Source of the DNA: the human T2T-CHM13v2.0 reference genome, Homo sapiens
Length of the DNA stretch: 64,000 nucleotides
Assembly (NCBI RefSeq): GCF_009914755.1
Contig: NC_060935.1
Strand: one strand, 5' to 3'
The translations under genes were made by a program, and so were the position numbers. Numbering within the stretch: position 1 is the first letter of the stretch; every line of letters starts with the position of its first letter. Positions 21,897 to 41,124 of the stretch are shown in pieces. Below the pieces are notes generated by a model, which saw only the letters and a program-made list of their open reading frames with translations, ran no database searches and had not been told where the DNA came from.

Positions 21897-22439
21897 TAAG
21901 GCGCACATAAAGCACTGATGTGTGAAGACCTGTAAGACCACAGCTTCCTTTCCGAACACAGTGTGAACACAAGGCCGTGGAAAGACAACAGCCAGGATCA
22001 AGAACCCGATACCCGCTACATGTGAAAGCAAACTGTGGCTAACAACCTACAACTCCAGCCGGGCGCAGTGGCTCACGCCTGTAACCCCAGCACTTTGGGA
22101 GGCCGAGACAGGTGCATCGCTTGAGCCCAGGAGTTTGAGACCAGCCTGGGCAACAGGGTGAAACCCCGTTTCCACTAAAAATACAAAAATTAGCTGGGTG
22201 CGGTGGCATGTGCCCCTGGTCCCAGCTACTTGGGAGGCTGAGATGGGAGGATTGCTTGAGCCCAGGAGTTCAAGGCTGCAGTGAGCCATCATTGCACCAC
22301 TGCACACCAGCCCGGGTGACAGAGCAAGACTCTGCCTCAAAACAACAACAAAAATGACACATATGGCGTAAGGGAATGACTCTCCAGTAATCTTTAAGGC
22401 ATGACAGTGAAAAATATCATGTGAAAATAGGGATTTACC

Positions 22440-23560
<1,121 letters not shown>

Positions 23561-23679
23561 TGAATTCCTGACCTCAGGTGATCCACCCACCTCGGCCTCT
23601 GGAAGAGTTGGGATTACAGGCGTTGAGCCCCTGCACCCGGCCTCCTCAGTGTCTTTCTTTTTTTTTTCTTTTTTTTTGA

Positions 23680-23838
<159 letters not shown>

Positions 23839-23880
23839 TAGTAGAGACAGGGTTTCACCGTGTTAGCCAGGATGGTCTCA

Positions 23881-24039
<159 letters not shown>

Positions 24040-24161
24040 TTACCCTTGTCAGCTGTCTCGCCTGGAAAATGGAAATGTGGTATCCAGGCGCTGATGCTGA
24101 AGGTGGGGGAGGAGTCCCATGAGTCTCACCAGAGATGGCCAAGGACGCCGTCGAGGTGGGC

Positions 24162-24515
24162 TGTTACGGCCTGAACTGTGCCCCCACTTTCTCCAATTCC
24201 GATGTTGACGTTCTAACCCCCAGTACCCCGGAAATCAACTGTATTTAGAAATGGGGTCTTTACAGAGGTGATTAAATTCAAATGAGCCTGTTAGGGTGGG
24301 TCCTAATCCCATATCCCATATGACTGGTGTCCTTATCAGAAGAGGAGATTAGGACACAGACATGCACAGAGGGACAGTCATGTGAGGACACAAGGAAAAG
24401 TCGGCCATCCAGGGAGAGAGAAACCAACCTTTCCACGCCATGATCTCGGACTTCAGCTTCCAGAATGTGTGAGGATAATCGTCTGTTGAAGCCACCCCAT
24501 CTGTAGTTAGTCCCC
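24162..24515 (+). mobile_element. MLT1B-like MaLR LTR
   Basis: ctaacccccagtacc...ggggtctttacagaggtgattaa...tagggtgggtcctaatcc...atgactggtgtccttatcagaagaggagattaggacacagac. Confidence 0.8.
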
Positions 24516-24859
24516 TGTGAGTTTGTCTGCCTCTCTGATTTCTTTTGGGAGCAGCTCATCGTGTTTCCCATGTGATGGGAGGAGCTGGAGGGCCCTCCCT
24601 TCTTAGGAAGACTGATCGGAGCTCACAGCCGCAGGGCAAGCTCAACTCTGTGGCCTCCATTTCGCAGATCCAATTAACATGCACCCCTTTAAAGAGCTGT
24701 CACTACCTGCAGCACACACCACTTTTCAAACCAGATTACACATTTTTTGCTTCTTCATCTGTTTAGCCACCGAGACTATGCGTTCTGATGTCTTGATTTA
24801 CATATTTTTTACTTCTTCATCTGTTTAGCCGTCAAGACTGTGTGTTATGATGTCTTGAT

Positions 24860-24946
24860 TTATTGATGTACTCTCAGCACCTGGCCCGGTGCCTGGCATA
24901 AAGTGGCTCCACACCAGAATGTCTGTTGGATGAATGAATGAATAAA
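24860..24946 (+). mobile_element. L2 3' end
   Basis: cagcacctggcccggtgcctggcata...tgttggatgaatgaatgaa terminal signature. Confidence 0.7.
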
Positions 24947-25195
24947 ATTACAACATCTAACAGTTGTCACATCCTCTCTATACATACTAAAAAAAAAAAA
25001 AAAAGTAATTTTAAGAAGTGTCATTGGCCAGGTGTGGTGGCTCACGCCTATAATCCCAGCACTTAGGGAGGTTGAAGTAGGAAGATCCCTTGAGCCCAGG
25101 AGTTCAAAACCAGCCTGGGCCACATAGGGAGACCCCATCTCTACAAAAAATAAAAAAAAATAAGCCCAGCCCAGTGGCACATGCCGTTAGTCCTA

Positions 25196-25333
<138 letters not shown>

Positions 25334-26215
25334 TTAAAAAAGAAAAAAGAAGACAGGAACTGTGGCTCACGCCTGTAATCCTCGCAATTTGGGATGCTGA
25401 GGTGGGTGGATCACCTGAGGTCAGGAGTTCGAGACCAGCGTGGTCAACATGGCGAAACCCCATCTCTACTAAAAATACAAAAATTAGCTGGGTGTGGTGG
25501 TGGACGCCTCTAATCCCAGCTACTTGGGAGGCTGAGGCAGGAGAATCACTTGAACCCAGGAGTGTGGGGGTGGGGGGTGCGGAGGTTGCAGTGAGCCGAG
25601 ATCGCGCCGCTTCACTCCAGCCTGGGTGAAAGAGCAAAACTCCGTCTCAAAAAAAAAAAAAGGTATTTTAAGAAGTGTCTCATCTGTCAAGTTAGCTGGT
25701 ATTAAATAAATAAAAAGAAAAAGCATCACTTGTTGGGCACAATGGCTCATACCTGTAATCTCAGCACTTTGGGAGGCTAAGGTGGGAGGATCGCTTGAGT
25801 TCGAGATCAGTCTGGGCAACATAGTGAGGCCCCCACCACCACCACTCTCCCTGTTCCTTGTCCCCACTCCCAATCTCTCTCTACCAAAAAAAAAAAAGAA
25901 AGAAAGAAAGAAACTGCTAGGAAGAAAGGAAAGAGCTTTTGTGGTTGTACTGCTATGCTATTGCCTACAGCATCAAACACTCAACTAACAGAAGGTGCCC
26001 AACACAGACACAGGTGTTTACTATTCACTTAACAAGCCTGCTAGGGGGCAGCTCCCAGTGGGCACAAGCCTTCCAGTAGTCTTTCCTTAGCACATTAGCA
26101 GACACGGTTTCCAAATTCCCAACAGATATTAATCTTCAAGACTCGAGAATGTCATTCAAAAACAAGGACACAGCCTGAATTCTAAATGCCAGGTTGTACT
26201 AAGGGAACACCTTGA

Positions 26216-26560
<345 letters not shown>

Positions 26561-26707
26561 TGAGCCACCGCACCCAGCCCCTTGACTGTGTTTTGTTCAG
26601 GGCATTCTTCGTACTAGTTGGTTGTGGTTATAAAACAATTAGTGGGCCAGGCACGGTGGCTCATGCCTGTAATCCCAGCACCTTGGGAGGCCGAGGCGGG
26701 CAGATCA

Positions 26708-27460
<753 letters not shown>

Positions 27461-27612
27461 TAAAAACATTGTGTTTACTTGCTTGTAAAGAATGGGTGAC
27501 CATAATAAGCAGGTTCAGAGGTTTTCTGTAAAAAAATTTTTAAAAATCTGAAGTGCATGGTTCTTATTATAAACCAATATATTTTGACAATATTGTTTTT
27601 TTTTTTTTTTGA

Positions 27613-27903
<291 letters not shown>

Positions 27904-28272
27904 TAAAAAACCTCCATCTGATACAGATATTTGATAATAAAAAAATTAAAAGAAAAGAATATTAGTAAACAATAAATGTCAAATTAATTTTTAAAATCTT
28001 AGAATAATTCCACAAATATCCAACATTTAAAAGCTTAATTGTCCTATCTCATAATCTTGATCTTTGTTTCATCATAAATATTCCAGTTGTGGAAAAATTT
28101 CTTAGGACTGTGCCCAAAAGCATCCTCAAGTTGGGCAACAGGAAGAGTATAGGGTTGTTTGTTTGAGACAAGGTCTTGCTTTGTCACCCAGGCTGGAGGG
28201 CAGTGGTGCAATCACAGGTCACTGCAACCTCAGGCTCCTAGGCTCAAGTGATCCTCCCACCTCAGTCTCTAG

Positions 28273-29022
<750 letters not shown>

Positions 29023-29024
29023 TA

Positions 29025-29153
29025 ATTTTGTGGTAAAATACACATAACACAAAATTTACCATCTTAACCACTTCTGAGTGCACAGTGCAGTGGCATTAAG
29101 TACTTTCTCAGTGTTTCACTGCGTGCAACCATCACCACCATCCATCTCCAGGA

Positions 29154-29186
<33 letters not shown>

Positions 29187-29680
29187 GAGATGGAGTTTCA
29201 CTCTGTCACCTAGGCTGGAGTGCAATGGTAAGACTCGGGTCACCGCAACCTCTGCCTTCTGGGTTCAAGCGATTCTCTTGCCTCAGCCTCCCGGGTAGCT
29301 GGGATTACAGGCATGCGCCACCACGCCTGGCTAATTTTGTATTTTTAGGAGAGACAGGGTTTCTTTATGTTGGTCAGGCTGGTCTCGAACTCCTGACCTC
29401 AGGTGATCCACCCGCCTAGGCCTCCCAAAGTGCTGGGATCACAGGCATGAGCCACTGCGCCCGGCAGTCTCCAGAATTTTTCATCTTGCAAAACTGGAAC
29501 TCTGTGCCCATTAAATAGTATCTCCCCATTTCCCTTCCCCCAGCCCCTGGCATGCACCATTCTACTGTCTGTCTTTATGGATTTGACTACTCTGGGACCT
29601 CAGGTAAGTGGAATCACACGGTGTTTACCCTTTGTGCTTGACTTAGTTCACTGGGCATAATGCCTTTGATACTCATCCGT
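29025..29680 (-). mobile_element. L1M 3'-end fragment with an internal Alu (about 29155-29466)
   Basis: gtggtaaaatacacataacacaaaatttaccatcttaacca...caaccatcaccaccatccatctccag...gtaagtggaatcac. Confidence 0.78.
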
Positions 29681-29806
29681 AAGGTTACTTTTTATTTTTT
29701 TTTTAATTTTATTTTTTCTGAGACAGGATCTCACTCTGTCAGCCAGGCTGGAGTGCAGTGGCACGATCACCACTCACTGCAGGCACAACCTCCTGGGCTC
29801 AGGTGA

Positions 29807-30016
<210 letters not shown>

Positions 30017-30391
30017 TAATGGTGAAACTATTTCATCTGCTTCACAAAAAAACTATAGCCCACAGTGAATACTCAGACTCTGGAATGCCAGCAAATACAC
30101 TGGGTAGGATTCAAATAACACGAACATTGAGATCTGTTAGCAAGGTTCACAGTGCTAATATTCAAAATCACACGTTGAAGTTGCCGGTTTGAGGACTTAG
30201 CTGCTTATTTCTTAGAATACCACTCATAGGATTTGGATAAAATACACTATGTGTGTAAACTCAACAACATTTATTTTCAAGAATAACTCACCATTTGGCA
30301 GAGGCAGGGGCCAGGGCAGGCATACACAACAGGGCACAGCCACAGGCAAGATGGACTGGTTCTCTCCCACATACTTCTGTCCCAGTTCTAG

Positions 30392-31877
<1,486 letters not shown>

Positions 31878-32249
31878 TTATTGACTGATTTTTCTTGTTA
31901 TTCAGGATTGGGAAAGGGACCGATTTCCTGTGAGATGGTGGGAAGGAATTTCCTGGAAGCACAGTGGGCAGAATCTTTCCTTATGGTCTCACAGCAGCTG
32001 CCACAGTCCCCAGTCCCAGTCCTCAAGGACAGAGGCCATGGGGCTTTCTTCTGCTCTCTCTTTCTTCAGAGAGGGAAGTCCCAGGAGTCTCCGCACACTT
32101 TCCCTTATGTGTCACAGATGAGAACAGGACTCTAGCTTGTCAGGGGCAAAGGGGAAGAAGATGCTAGCAGAGTTGGTCCAAGCCTGATTCATGCTGTGGG
32201 GACGGGCATGGCGCAAATATAAAAGACTTCCACCAGTGATAATACTGTT

Positions 32250-32660
32250 CATATGGCGCTTCCCAACTCAACCCTCACGGCAATCCTATGAGGTGGTGCT
32301 ACCATCTTTGCTTTACAAATGAGGACATTTGGCCCAGAGAGGCCAAGCAGCTTACCTAGGAGTACACAGCTACGGCAAAGAAGCAGAGCCAAATCTGACA
32401 CAAGCTACCTGTCTCCAGGGTCGGCATCCACACCCACTGTGCAGAGTGTCTTCAAAGAGGGCACGGTGACCAGGCAGGGGACCAGCTGGGGGGGGCTGCT
32501 GCAGTCAACTCTCATTTCCAGCCGTAAGAGTTCCTCAGCGAATATCGCAGGGTGGTCTGTGGGTGTTATTATCCCCATTTGACAGATGAGGAGAGTGAGG
32601 CTTAGTAGAGGTTAGTGCCTTGCCCCAGGGCAAGGTAAAGAGCTGGGAGTGCAGCTGAGA
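32250..32660. mobile_element. MIR elements; similar MIR cores at about 3085-3230, 4420-4530, 14600-14800, 17590-17720, 33040-33270 and 61640-61790
   Basis: Core motifs such as tttacaaatgaggacat...ggcccagagaggccaag and ttattatccccatttgacagatgaggagagtgaggc. Confidence 0.7.
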
Positions 32661-33934
32661 CCTCTGAGAGTTGGACTACCTCTGTCTGGGCTCTTCTCCC
32701 TATAACAGCGGGACATTTTTATTAGGTGGCTCTGTTTGATGAACACAATGAGGTTGTCAAGAGAAGCAAGGTGCAAAATGCTTGACTTCCCTTTGAAATA
32801 TAATTATACACATACATTATATTATGAATGAGACTAAAGTCTTCATGTCCAAGCAGGCAGCCAGGAGATGCCCAAAGGATTGGGAACCTCCCTATACCTG
32901 GCGTTGGGATAGGGGCAATGGAGACGATTTCAGACAAGATGGATCAGGAAGACAGATACAGAGACCAGGGCTCAGTACCTTGGTGTCCCACCCCTGGTGG
33001 AAGGGTTTGACTCCTGCTTTGGGGGCCTGGAGATAACTTTTGATGTAGCAGCAGGAACATTGGCTTTGGAGCCAGAGAGTTTTGAGCTCAAGTCACTGTT
33101 TTTACCAAATCATAAACTGTGGGGTGTGGGGTATGTTATCTAATCCTTCTAGGTCTCAGTATTTTCAACTGTAAAAGGATGCAGGATATACTTGTGAGGA
33201 TTTGGGGAGTTAGATGGGTTAAAGATTTTTTGTAAAATGCTCTGGAAATTGTAAAATGCTCTGTAATTTTCTTATTATCACTTCATCCAGAGGTGTCCGT
33301 GTCCGTGCTCTTCGGACTGACCTGAACAAACCAAGTCATAGTCACTGATGGACCAATTTTCTTTCTTTTTTTTTTTTAGAGATGAAGTCTCACTCTGTCG
33401 CCCAGGCTGGAGTGCAGTAGCACAATCTCGGTTCACTGCAACCTCCGCGTCCCGGGTTCAAGCGATTCTTGTGCCTCTCAGCCTCCCAAGTACTGGGATT
33501 ACAGGCGAGTGTTACCACGCTTGATTAATTTTTGTATTTTTTTTGTAGAGACCGTGTTATGCCATGTTGGCCAGTCTGGTCTCAAAATCCTGACCTCAAG
33601 TGATCCACCCGCCTCAGCCTCCCGAAGTGCTAGGATTACAGGCGTGAGCCACCGCGCCTGGCCAATGGACCAATTTTTAATTAATCGGTTTACCATGAGG
33701 CATCGAACTGCCATGGAAACCAGAACACTCAGGCCAATGATCTCCCCAGCTTATGGCCACTAGGGGCTCAGTTTTCTCATCTGCAAAATGGAAAGAATAC
33801 AGGCATAGCCATGGGGAGAACTATTTTTTTTTTTTTTTTGAGATGGAGTCTCACTCTGTCGCCCAGGCTGGAGTGCAGTGGCACCATCTTGGCTCATTGC
33901 AACCTCCGCCTCCCAGCCCTGGAGAACTATTTTA

Positions 33935-34338
<404 letters not shown>

Positions 34339-36507
34339 TCAGTTGTTCCTTAAAGAGGCCACTCCTTGATCACAACGACGTGGGGACAGGACGGGGAATT
34401 GAGAGCCCTGGGTTCACTCAAGGCTCCACCTCCAGCTCTGCCCCAAACTCTCTGAGTGTCTACAGGGAAATCTGTTTTGCATCTCTGGGTTTCAGCTCCC
34501 TTCTCTTAAAGGAACGACCACATCCTCCACCATCTACTGCCCTAGGGCTCCTCCAGCTCAGACCTCCCCCTGAACTGTGTTGTCACAGCACTCATTCATT
34601 AGGTGGCTTTACATGTTCTGGGTAGATTTGGGCACATCCTGATCTCTATGATTGAGGTCAGACCACAACGATCCCCGCAGGAACCTCCTTCTTAAGCCGC
34701 TTACATCTCTGGAGTGGAGAGGTGTCCTGAGTGATGCTCATGGTTGACAACTAACTGCATCATCCAGGCACCTTCTAGAGAGCAGAGGCTGGCTGACCTC
34801 CACCGCAGCCACATTTGCAAACATGAAACCCCAGGAGTAGTGATAAATTCTCTGCTCCCTCCTCACTCCTTCTATCATAATTTCTTTATCAAGTCTTTTA
34901 CAGAAGAACTGGAGTGAAAACATTTTCCATCTTCACTGTTTTCCTGACAGAGCCTTGGGTGACAGCATGTCACCCAAGCTCTGAGAAATGTTTTCCAGAT
35001 AAATACTTCTGGGAAGTAGTTTAGCTGGGTGGTATGAGTAAATCCATCTGAAAGTCATGTTAGCTTCCTGAAAGCAGTTCTCCATGGTTCTCACTTGTCC
35101 AGATTGAATTTTAATGAACATTTATTGGAGGTTTTCCTATTGATTATAATAATGACGCACATTCATGATAAAGTATCTAGAAAATAAAGACTAGCAAAAT
35201 GAAAGAAATGCAGCTTCCAACCACAATCCCACTTAAAGATAACCACCGCGAACATTCTGATGGATCTCCTTCCAAGAATATATACATATATATATGCGGG
35301 AAGTGGGGAAAGATAAAGAACTAATTGACTACAGTAACAATATTTTCTTATGTAGACATATGTTTTTCTTTCATAATTTGAAACTTAAAATTTAATTTCT
35401 CATTTCAAGAATAGTTCATGTCATATAAAACTCATTTTATTAAAAATGTATCACCTTAACATTCTAGAGTTATTCATCTACAAGGTAAATTTTACATAAT
35501 ACATTCTTAATCTAAACACAGACTGTTTTCTTTTTCAAATTGGGGTTCACACTCTGTATACTTGTTTGAATTTGCTTTTTTAAAAAAGTTTTTGTTTATG
35601 TATAAAAATTAAGGCATACTCTACATATTAATGTACAGTTATTTGACAAACGTATATAGTAATGTAACTACCACCACAATCATGATATATGTAGTTATCT
35701 AAAATATGACTGTGGGCCAGGTGCGGTGGCTCACACCTGTAATCCTAGCACTTTGGGAGGCTGAGGTGGATGGATCACCTGAGGTCAGGAGTTCGAAACC
35801 AGCCTGTCCAACATGGTGAAACCCAGTCTCTACTAAAAATACAAAAATTAGCCAGGTGTGCCTGTAATCCCAGCTACCCAGGAAGCTGAGGCAGGAGAAT
35901 CTCTGGAACCCCAGGAGGCGGAGGCTGCAGTGAGCCGAGATCACCCCACTGCACTCCAGCCTGGGCGACGGGGCAAGATTCAGTCTCAAAAAAAATGACT
36001 GTGAATGTCACCAAGTTTTCTGTCATTTGGAAGTGCAATAATTTAACCAATCTTGTTTTCTTGGCCATTTAGGTTGTTTACGATTTCCCCCTTACTGATT
36101 TTGCGATCTGGGGGAATGAAATAATAAATGAATTAAAATGAATGAGGGCCATGAGTGGTGGCTCATGCCTGTAATTCCAGCACTTTGGGAGGGTGAGGTG
36201 GGAGGATTGCTTGGGCTCAGGAGTTTGAGACCATCCTGGGCAACATGGTGAAACCTCTTTTCTACCAAAAATACAAAAAAGTTAGCCAGGCATGGTGGTC
36301 TGCGCTGGTAGTCCCAGCTACTTGTTGGGGAGCTGAGGTGAGATGACTGATGGGCCTGGGAGGTAGAGGCTGCAGTAAACTGTGTTCGAACCACTATATC
36401 CCAGCCTAGGTGACTACATGAGACCCTGTCTCAAAAAAAAAAAAAAAAAAGAGAGAGAAAAAGAACAAAGGAAGGGTAAGGGGAGGGGAGGGAGGGAGAG
36501 AGAGAGA

Positions 36508-36583
36508 GGAAGGAAGGAAGGAAGGAAGGAAGGAAGGGAGGAAGGAAGGAAGGAAGGAAGGAAGGAAGCAAGGAAGGAAGGAA
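36508..36583 (+). repeat. (GGAA)n microsatellite, (GGAA)7 GGGA (GGAA)7 GCAA (GGAA)3, within a purine tract at about 36433-36608
   Basis: Read directly; it extends an Alu A-tail. Confidence 0.97.
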
Positions 36584-36941
36584 AAAGAAAGAAAAGAAAG
36601 AAATAAAATGAAATTCAGAATTCTCATTTTCCTGGAGCTATACCAACTGGGTGTCTCCCTTCTCCGCTGGAAAAATCCCACATCATTCAAGACCCAGCTC
36701 AGATATTGCCTCCTCTATGAAGCCCCCATGATGCCAGCTGGAGAGCGGGTTCCTCCCTTCCCTGTGATTCCACAGCACCAAGTCACACACTGTTTACGGG
36801 ACAGACATTGCAATAGTCTGTTTTTCTTCTCTTTCTCCAGACTGTGAACTCATACTAGAAGTGATGTCTTAGCTCTGCGTTCCCAAGACCTAAGCCATGC
36901 TTGGCTCATACATGCTGCACAAATATTCATGAAATGAATGA

Positions 36942-37285
<344 letters not shown>

Positions 37286-37337
37286 TTGAGCCGATTTCTT
37301 AGAAAACAGACACTTTATGAGCATGGTGCAAACATAA

Positions 37338-37871
<534 letters not shown>

Positions 37872-38686
37872 TCAAGCTATTCTTCCACCTCAGCCTCCTG
37901 AGTAGCTGGGATTACAGATGCCCGCCACCACACCCGGCTAATTTTTGTATTTTTAGTAGGGATAGGGTTTCACCATGTTGGCCAGGCTGGTTTTGAACTC
38001 CTGACCTCAAGTGATCTGCCCACCTGGGTCTCCCAAAGTGCTGGGATTACAGGCTTGAGCCACCGCACCCGGCCTCACCTGGCCATTTTTACACTTTTAA
38101 AATAGCAAGAAACTAGGGGCAAAAAGTACATATTCATATCTATGTGTAGTCAGTCAATAAATATTTATTGAATGAACGAATAAATTAATGGAAGGTGTTC
38201 CAGATCCTGGTAGGCGAGAGTCAGTCGGAGGGAGTGCTTGTTCTTGGTGCACTCACAATGGAGAATCAAGGAATTCACCTTGGACGGGCTCATTTCTCCC
38301 TCTCCTAGGCCCCGTGCAGCCTCTTCTCAGACTTACTAGTTCTGAGGGGCTCCTGGCTGCCTCACACCAACAGCAGTGGCCAGTGGACACTGGCGATGGT
38401 GTCCTGACATTTTGGTTTGTGAAGAGTTTGTGCTCCGAGTCAAATCCTGGGAGGAGTGGGGAGGGCATCCGCTTTAATTAATTAGAGGTGTCTCTATTCA
38501 TCTCCGTATCTGCAACATCTAGCACAAGACTTGGCCCATAGTAGATGTTTAAAAATTCTTGCTGAGGCCGGGCGCAGTGGCTCACGCCTGTAATCCCAAC
38601 ACTTTGGGAGGCTGAGGCGGGCAGACCACCTGAGGTCAGGAGTTCGAGACCAGCTCGACCAACATGTAGAAATCCCGTCTCTACTA

Positions 38687-39085
<399 letters not shown>

Positions 39086-39639
39086 CTGCGCCGGGACGTC
39101 CCCAGGTGCGGCAGGCAGCGCTCCGTAAGTGGGTCCTGGCGGGAACTCCGTCCTTCTGAACCCAGATCAGGCCCAGGGAGACCGTAGGGGCGCCGCGGCG
39201 GGCGGGGTCTGGGTCCTCGGTGGTGACTGAAGCCTCGGTTCGCTCTTCTGCAAGGTGCGAATCCAGAGCCTCCAGCTCGGGAGGGACCTGACGTGCCGGA
39301 CGCGTCCAGCTCAGAACTCGAGGCGCGGTAGACACTCAGCAAAGGCCTCCGGCGTCCCTGCAGCCGTGGGGGGAAACTGGGGACGCCCGGAGGAAGACGC
39401 TGACCCGGCGAGCACCTGAGCGCCCACCTGTGGCTCATCCCGGAGACCGCCCCCTCCCCCGCGACCCGGGCGGGGCCTGGGGGGCGTGGCTCCCGTCTCG
39501 CTCAGCCAATCAGTGCCCCGGGGCCGCCTCCCGCCCCCTCCTGAGGAGACAGCGCTTGCGTACTCGGGCCAAGGTGCTCCTCGGGCCCCGCCCCCGGGGC
39601 GGTGCTGACGCTCGCGCCGACGCGCTCGACGTCGGGCAC

Positions 39640-39866
39640 GTAGACGCCGGCGCCGCGCAGCCGGGCCCGCTCCTCCTCCGCTCCGCCAGTGTCCGGCCGC
39701 GGGCCGGCCTTAGTGACTGGGGCGGCGGGCCCCGGGGCCGCGGCGTGGGGCGGGCAGGCGGACGCCGGCCGCGGGCTGCTTTCGTCGGCTCCCAAGCTCT
39801 CCCGGAGCGAGCAGCCGCCCGCGAGCCGCCGCGGAGCCTCCTCGCCCGCTCCCGCCGGCGAGCAAG
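39640..39866 (+). other. PPFIA1: PPFIA1 non-coding exon 1 (5'UTR); start approximate
   Basis: GC-rich, ATG-free stretch in the CpG island ending at the strong donor gagcaag|gtaagg (GT at 39867). Splicing to 41125 gives ...GCAAG-ATGATG. The TSS is inferred from the promoter motifs just upstream. Confidence 0.85.
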
Positions 39867-41124
39867 GTAAGGGAGCGGGACACTGAGGCAGGCTCGGGGC
39901 CCAGGCGTCACCGGCGCGTCCCGGTCTCCGCGGCGGCCACGCAGCCGATTAGATGTCTCCGCGGGGAAGGGTGCGCTCCGGGACGGGTGGGGGCGAGGCC
40001 GCGGCGCCGGGTCGCGCTGGGAGAGCTCCGGCGGGACACCCGCGCCCCAAGGGACGGCTCCGGGGACTGCGCGCTGCCCCTCCCCGAGCCCCGCGCCCCG
40101 TGACCCGGGCGCTGGGGCGAGGGGCGGGGACCTGTGGCCGCTGAAAGCCCTGGCCCGAGCGGGCTCCGTTGTCAACGGTCCTCACCCCCCGGGGTTCGGG
40201 GCTTCCGCCGCACCTGATACAGGAGGGGAGGAGTGCGGCTCGAGCAGGCTGGAGGTCACCATCCCCATCAGGTGCGCCGTCTGGGGCATCCCCCTCTCAG
40301 GGGTCCACCGCGCCCCCAGTACTGCCCGAAAGGCTCAGAAGCGACTTCCCCTTTCCCTGGCGCTGTCTTTATATCCCAGACACTTAATAGACTCTCGTAA
40401 TCTCACCTTTCACTTTTCCCTCTTTCCTAGCCGCCCCCGGCTGTATCGACCTGCTATATTTCCATTGTGGATTTTTTTTTTCGGTTGTAAACTTACGTAA
40501 GTTAGGTTGACCAACCGTTGCAGCCATTGGAAAACACTTCTACCAGCGTTTAACGAATCCGGTTCCTTTTAGTGCTCACCAAATCCAGCCCAAGAATTCA
40601 GGGAGCCGTCAGTTCTTCCCGGGAGCTGACTGCACACATTCCTGCAAGATGCCTGATGGATTTTGTACTTGTCAGTTTTGCTGGTTGTATGCTCCTTCTG
40701 TGCTTTTCCTGAAAAATGATTGGGTGACATGTGTTTTGACTTTCTCCCCCCCTACCCCCCCACCCTCCCCACCCCACTGGGAAGTAAAAAAAATAGGTAA
40801 CAGAAGCACACTTGTTTTCAGCAAAAACAAGTACAGCTTTGCAAACAGACTACCCCAGGGCTTGCCCTTTTTTGTGAGGGTAGTCCTTTGGGATCTTGAC
40901 CCCTTCCCTGGATTTTTGTCTGTGTTAATGTCTTCATGTTGTGTATTTTTGCACTTAATATTTGCCCTGTGTATGTTTTCCCAGCTTATTTACACACAAA
41001 GCATAACAGATCTGAGCATAATGAGACTGCCCATCTTTTTAGCTACAGATACCTGTAAAGTTGCATATTTGTGGGAACCTGTATTCTGAGCTTAATTACT
41101 GTAGCCTGGGTCTTTCATTTCAAG

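Noticed and set aside
33754-33769. ggccactaggggctc as a CTCF site
   Set aside because: One G short of the core so the conserved GGC is out of register, and it lies in a MIR-like fragment.
41071-41124. N-terminal 18 aa ([18 protein letters not shown]) of the ORF-track call 41071..41394
   Set aside because: Non-ATG start inside intron 1 that runs through the polypyrimidine tract and acceptor. The real start is 41125 and the exon ends at 41388.
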